A stretch of DNA of 53,962 bases, filler included, from Jimgerdemannia flammicorona (Eukaryota): assembly GCA_003990765.1 (NCBI GenBank). It is 2 parts of 2 records of this genome, joined end to end, with 100 filler letters (N's around TTAATTAATTAA, not from the genome) between each part and the next. Parts side by side here need not be neighbours in the genome. Positions count along the whole stretch, not along the records: positions 1 to 26,931 come from RBNJ01000676.1; 1 more part is not named here. One strand, 5' to 3'. Position numbers and translations under genes: made by a program. The notes beneath the pieces are model-generated. The model had not been told where the DNA came from. It made no database searches and worked only from the letters and a program-made list of their open reading frames with translations. This document shows positions 11,869 to 23,375 of this stretch, in pieces (the first letter of the stretch is position 1; each line of letters opens with the position of its first letter).

Positions 11869-14800
11869 TCAGGCAAATGGTGATACTTGTGTATCCCCTC
11901 CCCGTGGTCGTTTTCGTGAAGGTCCCGATCGGCTAGCAGAATCGCTTGCATTTACATTCTCTTTGCCCTTTACCGACGTTGGCTCTGGTTTTTTGTTGGC
12001 GATACGCTTGAGAAGGATAGAGATATAGACGCAGTGGATAACTTAAACAATATATCGATTGGAGTTTCGCCAAAATAAGGCCAATTTCAATTACATACCT
12101 CCACCACAGATGTGCCGTCCCTGAACCGCGTCCTGAACAATACATTTGCGTTGTTAAACATGCCTTCTTTGAGTGAGACCACGATGAATTGCGACCCTTT
12201 GAAGCGTGTACGCAACAGGGTACCAATGTTTTGCGTGTGCGACAAGTCCAGAGCCGCATCGACCTCATCCAAGATGTACATAGGCGCCGGTTTAAATTGC
12301 AGCAAGGATAATATCAAAGACAGCGCAATCAAAGACCTGCGAATGTTAAGCATAGTTCAGAGAGGTTGAGGAATCGGTTGTGGTGTACAAAGCACATACA
12401 TCCTTTCTAATCATGAGAAGTCTATACCTTTGCCCTCCGCTTAATTCGGTCAGACTTGCCTTCCACACACCACCCAAGCACACCTTCACCTCCAAACCGT
12501 CTGAGATTGTCTGCCCTTCCGGAGGCTGCAATCTCGCAGTGTTGCCCGGCAAGAGCAATCCGAAGATGGCACCGAAGTCTCTATTTGGAGTAAATCTGTC
12601 AGCGTAAAGAGCGCACAGTCAGATCGTTGATAATGCATTGGCACTTACACATCAACTTTGCTCCATGTCTTCTCCAAAGCTTCCTTCTTGTAATTGTCTA
12701 GTGACGTAATCGTGGCTTCGATCTTGTGCTTGTCCTTTTGCACTGTCAGTAGCATCTGCTTCAACCCAGCCTCCTTTTTTTCAACACTGGAGGACACAGA
12801 AGTCGACGTTGACGATTAGAATAAATAATGGCATGGGGCATGACGCCATTGAACACATGAATATCGACACTAACTTATCGATCATATTCATGACTTTGAC
12901 ATTAATTTTCTTGCGCATACTCTCATGCTTCTCGCTCAGCTGCCGCAAGGCCTTCTTGGCATCATTGACATCGATGCTGTTGAAATCATAAGCTGTATTT
13001 GATTGTCCAAAATACCTGTGCAGGAAAGTGTAAACATATCCAAAGTATTGTCATATAAACAAGGCCGGCCGCCTCAAATGAACACGTGTGGCAGATATTC
13101 TTATTCACAACTCACTGCTTATTATCCGCAATCCATTCATATTTTTTCTCCATATCCGTTACAACCTGCTGTGCGGCCTGCTTATCCTTCTGGAACCGTT
13201 CCACATCGTGCGTTAATTTCTGAATTTCAAGATTCGCCTCTGCTGTCTCCGCCGTCTTCTGCTTCATCGCCGCTTCCAGATCCCTTATCTCCTCATCAAA
13301 GGCGCTCAATTTGTCGCGTTCCCTTTGTGATTCTAGCAACGCTTCGTCGTGACCTTTCTATAATGTTTCCCAAGAGACTACATTAGTCATCGCAACCATC
13401 ATTTTGGATCGAGTGTATCGTACTTATAACGCAGAACATACTTTGATCTTGCTTAGCTCCTCCTTCAACTTTTTCTCATCATTCTTGTACTGAGTGATAA
13501 TGACTTTCAAATTGGACACGTCCTTCTGATTCGCTCCAAGATCCGTCTCCAATTGTTCTGTACGATTCAATAATATAGCCGGTTGTGATTCCGACTCCAT
13601 TTGTGAACTTCAGAATAATAACCAAAAAAAAAAAAAAAAACCAAATTCGGTCTGGAAAGTTATCCTACCAATTTCAAGCTGCAAAATCTGAACCTCCCTC
13701 TGCATGTTCGTCACATTTTGCGCATTCTTGGTCAATTCGCTCTTAGATGCTGATACTTTTTTCTGTTGGGTTCAAACCGATTTTGAGAATATGTCAACAT
13801 TATTATATAAAAAAAAAAAAAAAAAAAAACAAAACGCAACATGAATCACAAATTACACACACCTTCAACTCCTTAAGCTTCGAATCTTTGTTATTTTTAA
13901 AATCGTTCATCTCCGACTCGATCCTCCTGCATGCTTCCAACGCTTCCTTCCGCTTTAATTGCGAAGCCACCACAATCTCCTCTCGTTCCTTCAGCTGCTG
14001 CTTGATCGAATCAACTTGTTGCAACAACTTCATTAAACGCAAAAGTATATATCAATAAACACACTCTTACAGTTCCACAGTAAACATCGGTAACAGATCT
14101 TAGAAACACCTCACCTGCTCATGCGTGCTCTTGTTCAATTGCTCCTCCAACAACGACACCCTATGTCCCGCCAACTCCAAATCCTGTGTTAACTTATTGT
14201 AATCGTTTATAACCTTCTGCGATGACCTGAGCTCATTCTCGAGTTTCACCAACGCCTTGCGCCGTGCTTCGAGCTGGGCGCGGATCTCTTTCAGTTGCCC
14301 AAGCTTGATAAGAATACCTGCTGATTGGGACTTGGACCCGCCCGAGAGGGTCCCGTTCGGGTCGTAGACGTCGCCGTCGAAAGTCACAGATTTCATGCGC
14401 ACTGTCTTGTCGAACGTGACTTTTTTGGCAGAGTCGGCATCCTTGCAGATAAGCGTGTTACCAAAAATGTATTCCATTGCAGTTTGGATCTCGTGGTCAT
14501 AGCCGATAAGGGTTAAGGCAAGGTCGACTTTGCCGGGAGCCACACCTTTGGCGGTGGCGATTTTCTGTGCGAGTGATAAAAAGCTGTAAACACGATTTCT
14601 TGAAGAATACTACAAGATCGATGAAGTTGCCTACATACCTCTGCCGAAGCTTTGAAAGCTACGATTTTGTTCAAGGGTATAATTGTCACCCGCTTCCTGA
14701 GTTTACCGTTTTCAAGCAGCTGTGAACCAACTGTATCATTATCGACTACAACCTATACCAATAAGGAACACATCCGGCGACTTAATAAAAATATATACAC

Positions 14801-17568
14801 AATACATAGTGGAAATGCCGGAAATACAACCATAAATTACTTACGTTATATAACCGCCCACCCGCGCAAACCTCTAACGCCATTGCCGCGTCCACATTGT
14901 TTTTGCCAAGGGTGATGAGCTCGGCCACGAGACCCTTGACGGTCGAGCGATCGAAATTAGGCGTCGGGTTGGAATATTGGAACTCAAGGCCGGAGAGCTG
15001 ACCCGAGAGTGTATCGCTTTTCTGAGGATAGAGTGGTATTCAACAAATCGATGAATGAACGAACCATTCCGGCCGCAACGCCTAGGAAATGACTGACAAT
15101 ATTACAAATGCTCGATTCAACTTGATAAAAGCTCCCGCAATCAACCAACCTCTGTCAACTCCGCCACGACATCCTGTTCTGCCGACTTCCGTCCTAGCAA
15201 TTCGGCCTCGCGGTTCGGTTCCCAATCCATTTTTGATAACCGTATCTACCAATCGCATGAGACTGACGTGGTAAGGAACCGACTCCGAATATAAAATATT
15301 GCTCAAAGCACAACGGATTAGCACCAAGGCTCACCTCCAAATCCTGTTTCTCCTTTTTTGCCTTCCCGAGATCCTTCAGCAAGCCGCTATTTTCCCTCTC
15401 GGTTTTGTTGGCCTGATCTTGCTTTTCCTTACACTCCTTTTTCAAATGGGAAATTTTCAGTTTGGCCTGTTCTTCCTCCGTCGAAGCCTGACTCGCTGTG
15501 TTTTTTGCCTCTATTATCAAAGAAATCAACCACCCAATGGTAAACAAGGAGACAACGATTCCGTGTGATCTAGAATTACTCCCATGATACCCTGAGCGTA
15601 GAAAGAGGGAACCTCCCCCTTTTTACTTAGAGCCACAATCAAGAAGGATAGCATACCTTGCAGTTGTTCCATGTACCCATTTTCGTGACCTTCCTCTGCT
15701 GACACACCCGTAACGAGAGTCTGCAACAACTCTTCGTTTTTGCGGGCCTGTTCTGCCATAACATCATAAGTCTTCTTCAGCGCGTCAAACTTAGCTTGTA
15801 ATTTGGCATACAGAGATTGTTTTTCATTGAGGGTCTGTTCGGTCTGCGGTAAAGATAAAGAATGTCGATTAATGGCGAGGTGAAGAATATGGACAAAACC
15901 GACTAAACATTTTAAATACATGAGATATGTTTATATTACTTCGGCCTTATTCGCCAAGAGACCCTCCAGATTCTTCTCTTCTTCAGTAATCGATGCAATC
16001 TTCAAGTCGCATTGCGTTCGCACTCGCACGAGTTGCTTGGAAAACTCCTTCACAGCATTTTCCAATTCTTGGAATTTGCCTCCGTTGGCGAACTCCTAAG
16101 AAACACAAAACGCCTCACATTGATTAGTTGGCATCAAGAAGATTTATCACTATTTTCACGTTCCGCGGTAATATTACCACGACAGTTCAGAAAATCATGT
16201 AAACTCACCTTCTGCTTCTTAATAGTATACTTTCGAATCTCGCCATCAATGTGCGCCACCTCATCCTTGAGCTTCTCGACATCCTTTTTCAACTGACTAA
16301 TCTTCTCCTTTTTGGCCTCAAAGTCGGCGCCTGATCGACTAAGCTTATCCTATGTTATAGGAATCAAACATGTCAAGTTTTATCCCAAAATGCCACGCAT
16401 GCCACGCACTAGTATGGAAATCGGCAGAAGCATGGTGAATTAAACACAAAAGCCACGCTTACCTCGCTTTTTTTGAAATCGTGCGCGATAACAAGACGGT
16501 TCAGTCGTTCCATCTCCGACTCGGTCTTTTGGAAATCGAGGAAGGTGCGTTTCTCAGCGCGGAGCTGGTCAAGTTTGGGGACAATCTCTTGACTTAATAT
16601 CTGGATGAAGGATCAAACAGAACCGTCAGAATGCTGCGACATCAATGAAACTATTCAAAAATCCAGAACCTTGACCACTGTTTCGCCCATTGCCCAAACG
16701 AGATACCCAGCACATTTTATCTAACCTCACCGTCATGATCTCCTCGACCTTCTTCTCTTTCTTCGTCATGGTGGCAAACGCCTTGTTCTTCCTGTCCTCG
16801 AACATCTTGGTCCCTGCCGCCTCCTCAATCATACCCAAAATCTCAGGTGGTTTCATGTTGAGTACTTTGGTGATTCGGCCTTGCATGATCAGGAAATGAG
16901 GGTTATTGATATTGAGCTGCACAGATTGGAACATGTTTTGCACGGCCTGCTGTTGAGCGTTATGGCCGTTTACAATGTATTTGTTACGGCCACCAAGAAG
17001 AACCTGTACGTCGATGAACGGAGTGAAGGGTACGCATGTTATGCGACATAATACGAGTTACTTATTATCTTTGTACCAAAACGTAGTGATACCGAAGCTC
17101 ACCAGTCGTGTCACGGTAAGCTGCTTGTACTGCTCAAATCCGACGGGACTTTTATCGCGGTCTTCGTTGTTGAAAACAATCGTCACAGAGGCCTTGGTCA
17201 CACCGGCCTGGCCACGCTTGTAGATCAGGTCCTGTAGATTGCTGGCGCGGACCTACGCGTTTCGAGTGACGATAGGACAACAGATGTTTGTCGGGAGGGT
17301 ATAGAACACAATAGCCCGCCAATGGGGTTAAATGCAAACAGAATTATAAGTACAATCGGTGACAGCCATGAATAAACGAATAATAAAAAAAAAATGGCAC
17401 CTGCGATAAATTGCTAATCCCCAACACGAAACAGATAGCGTCCAAAACGTTCGATTTGCCGGATCCGTTCAAGCCCGTGATAGCATTGAACTCGGGGTCC
17501 CATCCCTGGATGTGGGTGCGCGCGGCATAAGACTTGAAACCCTCGATGATCAACTCTTCCACATACAT
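11869..17568 (-). CDS. SMC2: Condensin subunit SMC2 (multi-exon)
   Basis: [14 protein letters not shown]; Walker [59 protein letters not shown]; hinge [19 protein letters not shown]; signature LTELSGGQR; Walker [26 protein letters not shown]; last exon ..KENVN..RKRPR..SPFA*. Confidence 0.97.
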
Positions 17569-17706
17569 GTCGGGTAAAGGTAAACATGGAAGGGTGAACG
17601 CGCTACTGAAACCAGAAACGCGGTTGATGGCCCAGATGACGTCATCGTGATCTGAATTTGAATTGACGACGACGCGCACAATCGCCATCTTGCCTCTTTG
17701 TTCACC
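17569..17706. promoter_or_regulatory. Putative 138-bp bidirectional promoter between SMC2 and the OB-fold gene
   Basis: Divergent ATGs at 17568 and 17707; contains GTAAACA (17580-17586), three ACGCG cores and palindrome GATGACGTCATC (17635-17646). Confidence 0.6.
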
Positions 17707-18748
17707 ATGCTCCTGCCCTCTGTTACCGTTGTCCATGCGAACACGAAGGCAATCATGTAAGCTTGCTTTTTAGCGATCCTCTAGGACGAGATCGCTCCTT
17801 GAAACATGCTTACCGTTTGCCCCCACCAGCGTATATAGTTGCGGCTCCTGCGAAAGTAAACTCTTAAACTTCGTCACGGCTACGAATACTGGCGGAACGA
17901 CACGTGAATTTTTTTGTCCTAAATGCCGCAAACCTATGAAGTACGCTCAAGCAAGCTTTCGGATGCAAATGACCGTTGCTGACGGTACGGTCCCCACAAG
18001 GTTGCACGCGTTGATAGCATTTGATCCCGTGATTGAAACATTGGTGGGGTGTTCGGCTGAAGAGTTCGATAAGGTAAAGAGATCTATAACGTTGGGATCG
18101 GTGTCTTGGTAGGCGTGTTACAAGATCCGTTGCTCACGCGCCAATATCATTTGTGGCCTGTTCTATAGCATCTTCTCCTGCATCCTGATCTCCTTTACAT
18201 CACCCTGGACCACATAATGGGCTTGCGGTGCGACGTCGTCCTTCGCGATACGCCGCGCGTGAAAAAGGTCGCCACTCAAATTCCGTCTAAGTGATTTGTT
18301 TATCGTGTGAAACCACCGACTAACGTCATACCTTACATGCAGCATGCCTTCCTGGAGCCCGAAACAATTGTGGACTCACTTATCCCGCGCGAAGACTGGC
18401 TGCCTGTCACGCATCCGGTCATGATGGCGCAGTACTGGGCAGAGGCGGGAGAGAGGTGGGCGGTTGTAGAGGAACCGTTTCAAGTGCGTAGCATGATTCC
18501 TCCTTCCCTCCTTTTTTTTTTTTTTTTTGTATCGGAAGATTCGGGATGACGGGAATGGTTGAGGAGATTTTTTATTTGTGCACCATTTATTTGAAGCCCT
18601 TTAGATTGACAATTTCCTCGGTGATCCGGCCTTCCGTCACCAAAAACGGCGGCGAAAGCGCAAGCGTATAGAATCCGTCGAGGATCACAACCGTGGGGAG
18701 TTAATGGAAGTAGAGTATGGGATGGTGGTCGAAGAAGTCGTTCCATGA
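17707..18748 (+). CDS. Zinc-ribbon OB-fold protein, RPA70 C-terminal domain / DDIAS-like, ~225 aa, 5 exons
   Basis: Exons 17707-17756, 17830-18073, 18169-18267, 18343-18483, 18605-18748 splice in frame with [70 protein letters not shown]..; basic tail KRRRKRKR. Confidence 0.72.
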
Positions 18749-19002
18749 TATAAGATGACCGGCGTATTGTTTCAACGGTTGGTATTAGCTGTTCAGTACG
18801 GCAACTGGATGGACCGTGTCACTGGCGCTCGTAGAATACCGTATTAAGCTCTATTTCTAGGTATGGTAACCTGAAAAGAGACTTGATGTTTTCGTTTCAT
18901 GCAGCTCGCATATACAAATCAAAAAAAAAAAAAAAAAAAAAAAACCATATCTATCTACAGATAGATCCTACAATCAACAATAATACCCTTTCCCAAACAT
19001 TT

Positions 19003-19886
19003 TTAAACTTTGAAGTCAGAGAACACCCGCGTCTCCCTGAACATCACCGCCAGCTTGTCATCCTCATCGAATTCAAGCCCTTCCTTTACCAACTTTGCCT
19101 TCTTATTGCAAATATTGTTGCCCGAGCCCCATTGCCTGTTCGATCACAGGTAAAGAGGGATATCGCATCAGCGACAAAAATCCATTTAAATTCTGAGAGA
19201 AAAATGTGGTTATCACCACGGCGGACCCTCACTCACCCGTCAAATCCACCAATGAAAAAATTGGATGCCACAACCCGGTGGCATGGGATCGGGAGCGGTG
19301 CGAAAGGGTTGTTTCGCAGCGCTTGGCCAACAGCACGTGGGGATGCATTGAGCGCGTCGCTCATGATTTTGTAAGTAGAGACACAGCCTGCGAATTGGGA
19401 GATGGTTCAGAGGCGAGGATGAATTCAAACGCTCGCTTTATTCGAAATCTGGAGTTGTGTGTGGTGAAGGGGGCATACCTTTTGGTATCTGAGAGTGACA
19501 AGCATGGGAATCGGTTACATATGTCGTATGGTATAATGATTCATGTACATTTATCAGAACTCAAACTACATCAAACGATACCTGAGCACACAGATCGTAC
19601 ACTCGAAACTGGAAGGGCGTGACTTGCTTGTTTGTCTTTGTGCTGACGTACTTGATGCGTTCCTCCGATGTTGCCGGGTAAAGTCGCACAACTTGATAGA
19701 AAGTCGACGTGTCAGCGTGAGGAAACTCGAAGGCGTCACGACACGGTCCGAACAACACGATCAGAACAACACACCTTCAACGTTATCGTCAATGACGTAA
19801 ACGTCTGTGGATACGCTGTCTACCCTTCGATATGGTTTAACGCGTGTTTGGCGTCGTTGAGTTGATTTCTGTGAAAGTTTAGTCAT
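19003..19886 (-). CDS. MGMT: O6-methylguanine-DNA methyltransferase (alkyltransferase), ~171 aa, 5 exons
   Basis: Exons 19886-19775, 19691-19582, 19488-19479, 19387-19237, 19135-19003 give VTPFQFRVYDLCAQIPKGCVSTYKIMSDALNASPRAVGQALRNNPFAPLPIPCHRVVAS..IGGFDGQW..KKAKLVKEG; HTH RAVG and catalytic PCHRV motifs. Confidence 0.92.
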
Positions 19887-20271
19887 GATTGCGGACGGGA
19901 AAGTGTGAAGAGGGAGGGAGGACAGAGGAAGGAGGGACTGTGGCACTGCTGCGGCACATATATGGGAAATTAAATTTGATGGTGCAGATAAAATTACACA
20001 TGTAGTTCCATACAAGCAGTAAACTGATAGTTCAGATGGCAATTTCCAGTGGATGGATTTATAAGTCAATGCAGATAAGAGTTAGTAAAGTACAGGTTCC
20101 ATTAGCTGGCCAATTGCGTGGTATGGGGCCGTGACACGGAGGTGGCCAAAAGAAGTGTTTTCACAGCGACAAGCCCCACATCACTTGCAGGCGCACACAC
20201 ACACGCTTTATTTTTTGGACCGTTTACCACCATCCTGTAAGACAAGGTGTCTCTTCTGCTAGCTGCGGTTT

Positions 20272-21001
20272 ATGTCACAGACCCCATTCACTCCCCCACA
20301 GACCGCTGACCCGCTTGCTGCAGAAGCGTCCTCCTCGCCCTCTTCCCGCTCCCCGAGAATCTCTGACGATCAAGAATATCATCAATCCTCCGACTCTCAG
20401 CTCGTCTCCGCCACCCACCAACCCACCACCACCTCACCCAACCTTCGTCGCAGAACCTCCGTAAAAGCCCGTTGGTTCCCACGTCTTCACACGAACGATA
20501 GCCACTTGTCTTCGGACTCCACTACCAGCACAGATTCTTCCTCAAAGAACCACCGCATCCCCTCCCCTACACGAGTCAAGACCGAACAAGTTCATCAGTA
20601 CTACAGCGACAGGCCCATCGAGTTCCACCAACAGGTAGTACTACAACCATCCCCCGTGTCATCCCCAATCATGTCTCAACAACAACGTGGGACTACTGCT
20701 TCCGCCAGCCCTTCTACCCAGTTCCCCCCGCGCCAGTCCACCCAGTACGAAATGGCTCCTACGAGGCTTGCGCAAAGCAACGGTATGCACCCACCATCCT
20801 CTCCTGCTGATTTGCCAAAATCAACCAGTACCTCCAATTCCCTGGCCGCTCGCGTCGCGTCTCACCCCGTCTCAGTCGTGGACCTGCTGCCACCCCTAGA
20901 TTTTGCTAATATGGCTCCCTTCAACCTTTTCCAAGAACCTATCGCACCTCCGCATGGCGATGGCACCATAAATTCTTCCCAGGTTGACCTCACCGCCCCG
21001 C

Positions 21002-21056
<55 letters not shown>

Positions 21057-22173
21057 TACCACCGCGGTCACCGAGAGCGTGCTGAGTTCCAGTCCAAGCG
21101 CTGATCCGCAAGAGACAATCAAGAAGCTCGAGGAAAAGATCCGTAAGCTCCAGGCGGACCTTGAGCAAGCCAAGAACTACTGGCACAAGGACTATCGCGA
21201 ACGTCTGACCTACAACAATGCGCAGCACGAAAAGAAATATGCTGAGCTCAACGGCATTCACCAACAAGCTATCGACACCAACTCGGCACTTTACCAGCAA
21301 ACCGAAGATTTGCACCAAAAGCTTACTATCACGACCCAAAAGCTCCAGCAACGCGAGGCAGATTACGCCAAGATTGAATCCAACTTCCTGGAGTACATGA
21401 AAATCATTCGCCCCACCGACGATGATCTTTCTACCATACGCGACAAGTTCAAGACACTCAAATACAACATCAATCGCCTTCTCATGTCCCTTAACAAGAA
21501 AGCCGACCGCCAGGCCGCCACCGACCTCCTCGCTGCCTCCTGGGACAACCTCCAGGATTCTGTCCGTTCCCTTGGCACGCCATTAGATCATTTCTACATC
21601 AACATGCTTATGGAGAAACTTATCATGGATACCCTTGTCAAATACGTTTTCAATGTCACTCTTTACGTCGGCCTTCCCGTCAATAGTGCCTACGCCGACG
21701 TGAAGCAGTGGATGGATGCTAGGAATCCGCAGTGGTCCCTCCGCCTCCGCCAGCAGCTCTGCTCGCTTGTCGCCAACCCCAAGGACGCGGAGATTCAAGA
21801 ATCCGTCCAGACCGAGAAGGCCCGCATTGTCAGCCTCATCTATGGCCATCTGGTCACCGCGTATCCGTTCATCCGCGAAAAGGATAAGGCCGACGCGGCA
21901 GCCATCGTAGGGGGTAAGGAGAAAGGCTACTACGCCAAGGTAGAAGAGATCGTGGACAAGGCTGTGTACCTGAGCCTCGCGATCCGAGGGCAAGACGTCG
22001 AGATCATGACAATTCATGTGCGTGAAGGAGACGAGCAATTCGATCCGGACAGGATGACGCTCGAGCAGAAGAGCAAGCCAGGCGGGGTCGTGAGATTCTG
22101 TATCTGTCCGCCGTTCCAGGGAGGGGATGGCGAGCATGGGTTCTTGGAAAAGGGGAAGGTGTTTTGTGGTTGA
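20272..22173 (+). CDS. Intronless 633-aa hypothetical protein: disordered N-terminus, coiled coil, conserved-looking C-terminal domain
   Basis: Uninterrupted ORF with C-ending codon bias; heptad region IKKLEEKIRKLQADLEQAK..; IRPTDDDLSTI; C-terminal EGDEQFDPDRM..VRFCICPPF..LEKGKV. Confidence 0.85.
21004..21054 (+). repeat. Perfect (GCC)17 coding microsatellite (poly-Ala)
   Basis: 17 uninterrupted GCC codons inside the 633-aa ORF. Confidence 0.95.
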
Positions 22174-22924
22174 GTAGGAAGGTAGCGATGACGTAATTAA
22201 CCATATGGCGGTGGCGGTGGCGGTGGCGATACCATGGCGATAATGGCGTAACTGAGTTTTTCGGGATGGGGTGTATTTTATGAGAAACAGCGACGATGGA
22301 CACGTTCTGTAGGTTTCTTTCTTCCCTTCTATTGGATTATCTTTTCGCTCTTTCTTGTACCTCACCGATGGTATTAGAGCACACCTTTGTTTTTTCCTTC
22401 AATATCAATATTTTCGGTTATTATATCTCAGTCACCCAATATAGCCCTCCTTTATTCGAGCTGTCCTGACTGTGTTCCTAAGTTGTGCTAGGGCGAAGAT
22501 CAAGTCAGGTGGTTGATCGGTTGGAATTGTGGATTTTATGTTGAGATGTGGTTGACGACAGGTTGTACAGTTCTGATCGTTATATTATATATTATTTATT
22601 GCCTCTCTTCGCATCGCGCAAGAGTTTTGACATCAGTGGTGGTGAGCGGCAGCGAGTGGTAGTGAGCGGCAGGTAGCTGATTTTATAACAATGCGCTCAG
22701 GAGATCTGCTTGATGGAGGCGTACAGCTATCCGTGAAATCAACAGTCAACCTATGGCCCCAATCGATTTTTGTCACGACTGCATCGAGGTTACTAGAAGA
22801 GAGTAAGCGTTGTCTGAAGAGACTGTAACTTCAAATGACAAAGGGCCTCTCATCAATTTGTCCCCACCACCATGGCATTCCGTTGCTATAACTCTAAGCA
22901 GTATATAGATATATCAGAAATGAA

Positions 22925-23375
22925 TGTCAAGGTCTGTTTTAAAGGAAGATCTGTATTATATTAGATAATAGAGCTCAGAGAAAGAAAGAAATCTATATGA
23001 AAGAGAAATTTATAAAGAGATAAATCTATGTAAAAAGAGATATATAGAGAGAAATCTATATAACTAAAATACTAAAATTAATTATAATATATATATTATA
23101 ATAGTGACCCCAGAATGATGACATCAGTACAGGAGACAGCCTTTCCTTATAAGTCACCAGATCAGAGCACAAGAAGATCATAGGTATATAAGATGAGCAA
23201 TGATGACCAACTGTAAGTTATTGTGACCACAGCACAAGCATCCTAAAGAATATAAAAGAAAGATCAAGGAACCGCAGTAGTGGGACTCCTTTTGCTTGAA
23301 CTATTCAGAGCAAGCTAAGCCACATGGACATCTTTTCATAATAAGCAACATATTTTCAAGTTTTCCCATCATCTA
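22925..23375 (+). mobile_element. Probable degenerate LTR fragment marking the start of the TE block
   Basis: Starts TGTCAAGG; short imperfect AGAGAAATCTATAT repeats; TATAAAAG ~23251; CpG-depleted; no partner LTR found. Confidence 0.3.

Noticed and set aside
921..19886. Possible U12-type (minor) introns
   Set aside because: The donors I traced were ordinary GT sites; no GTATCCT/ATATCCT donor seen, though not every intron was checked
21583..22365. 260-aa antisense ORF (and 20862-21351 poly-Ala/Gly ORFs)
   Set aside because: Shadow frames of the codon-biased 633-aa gene
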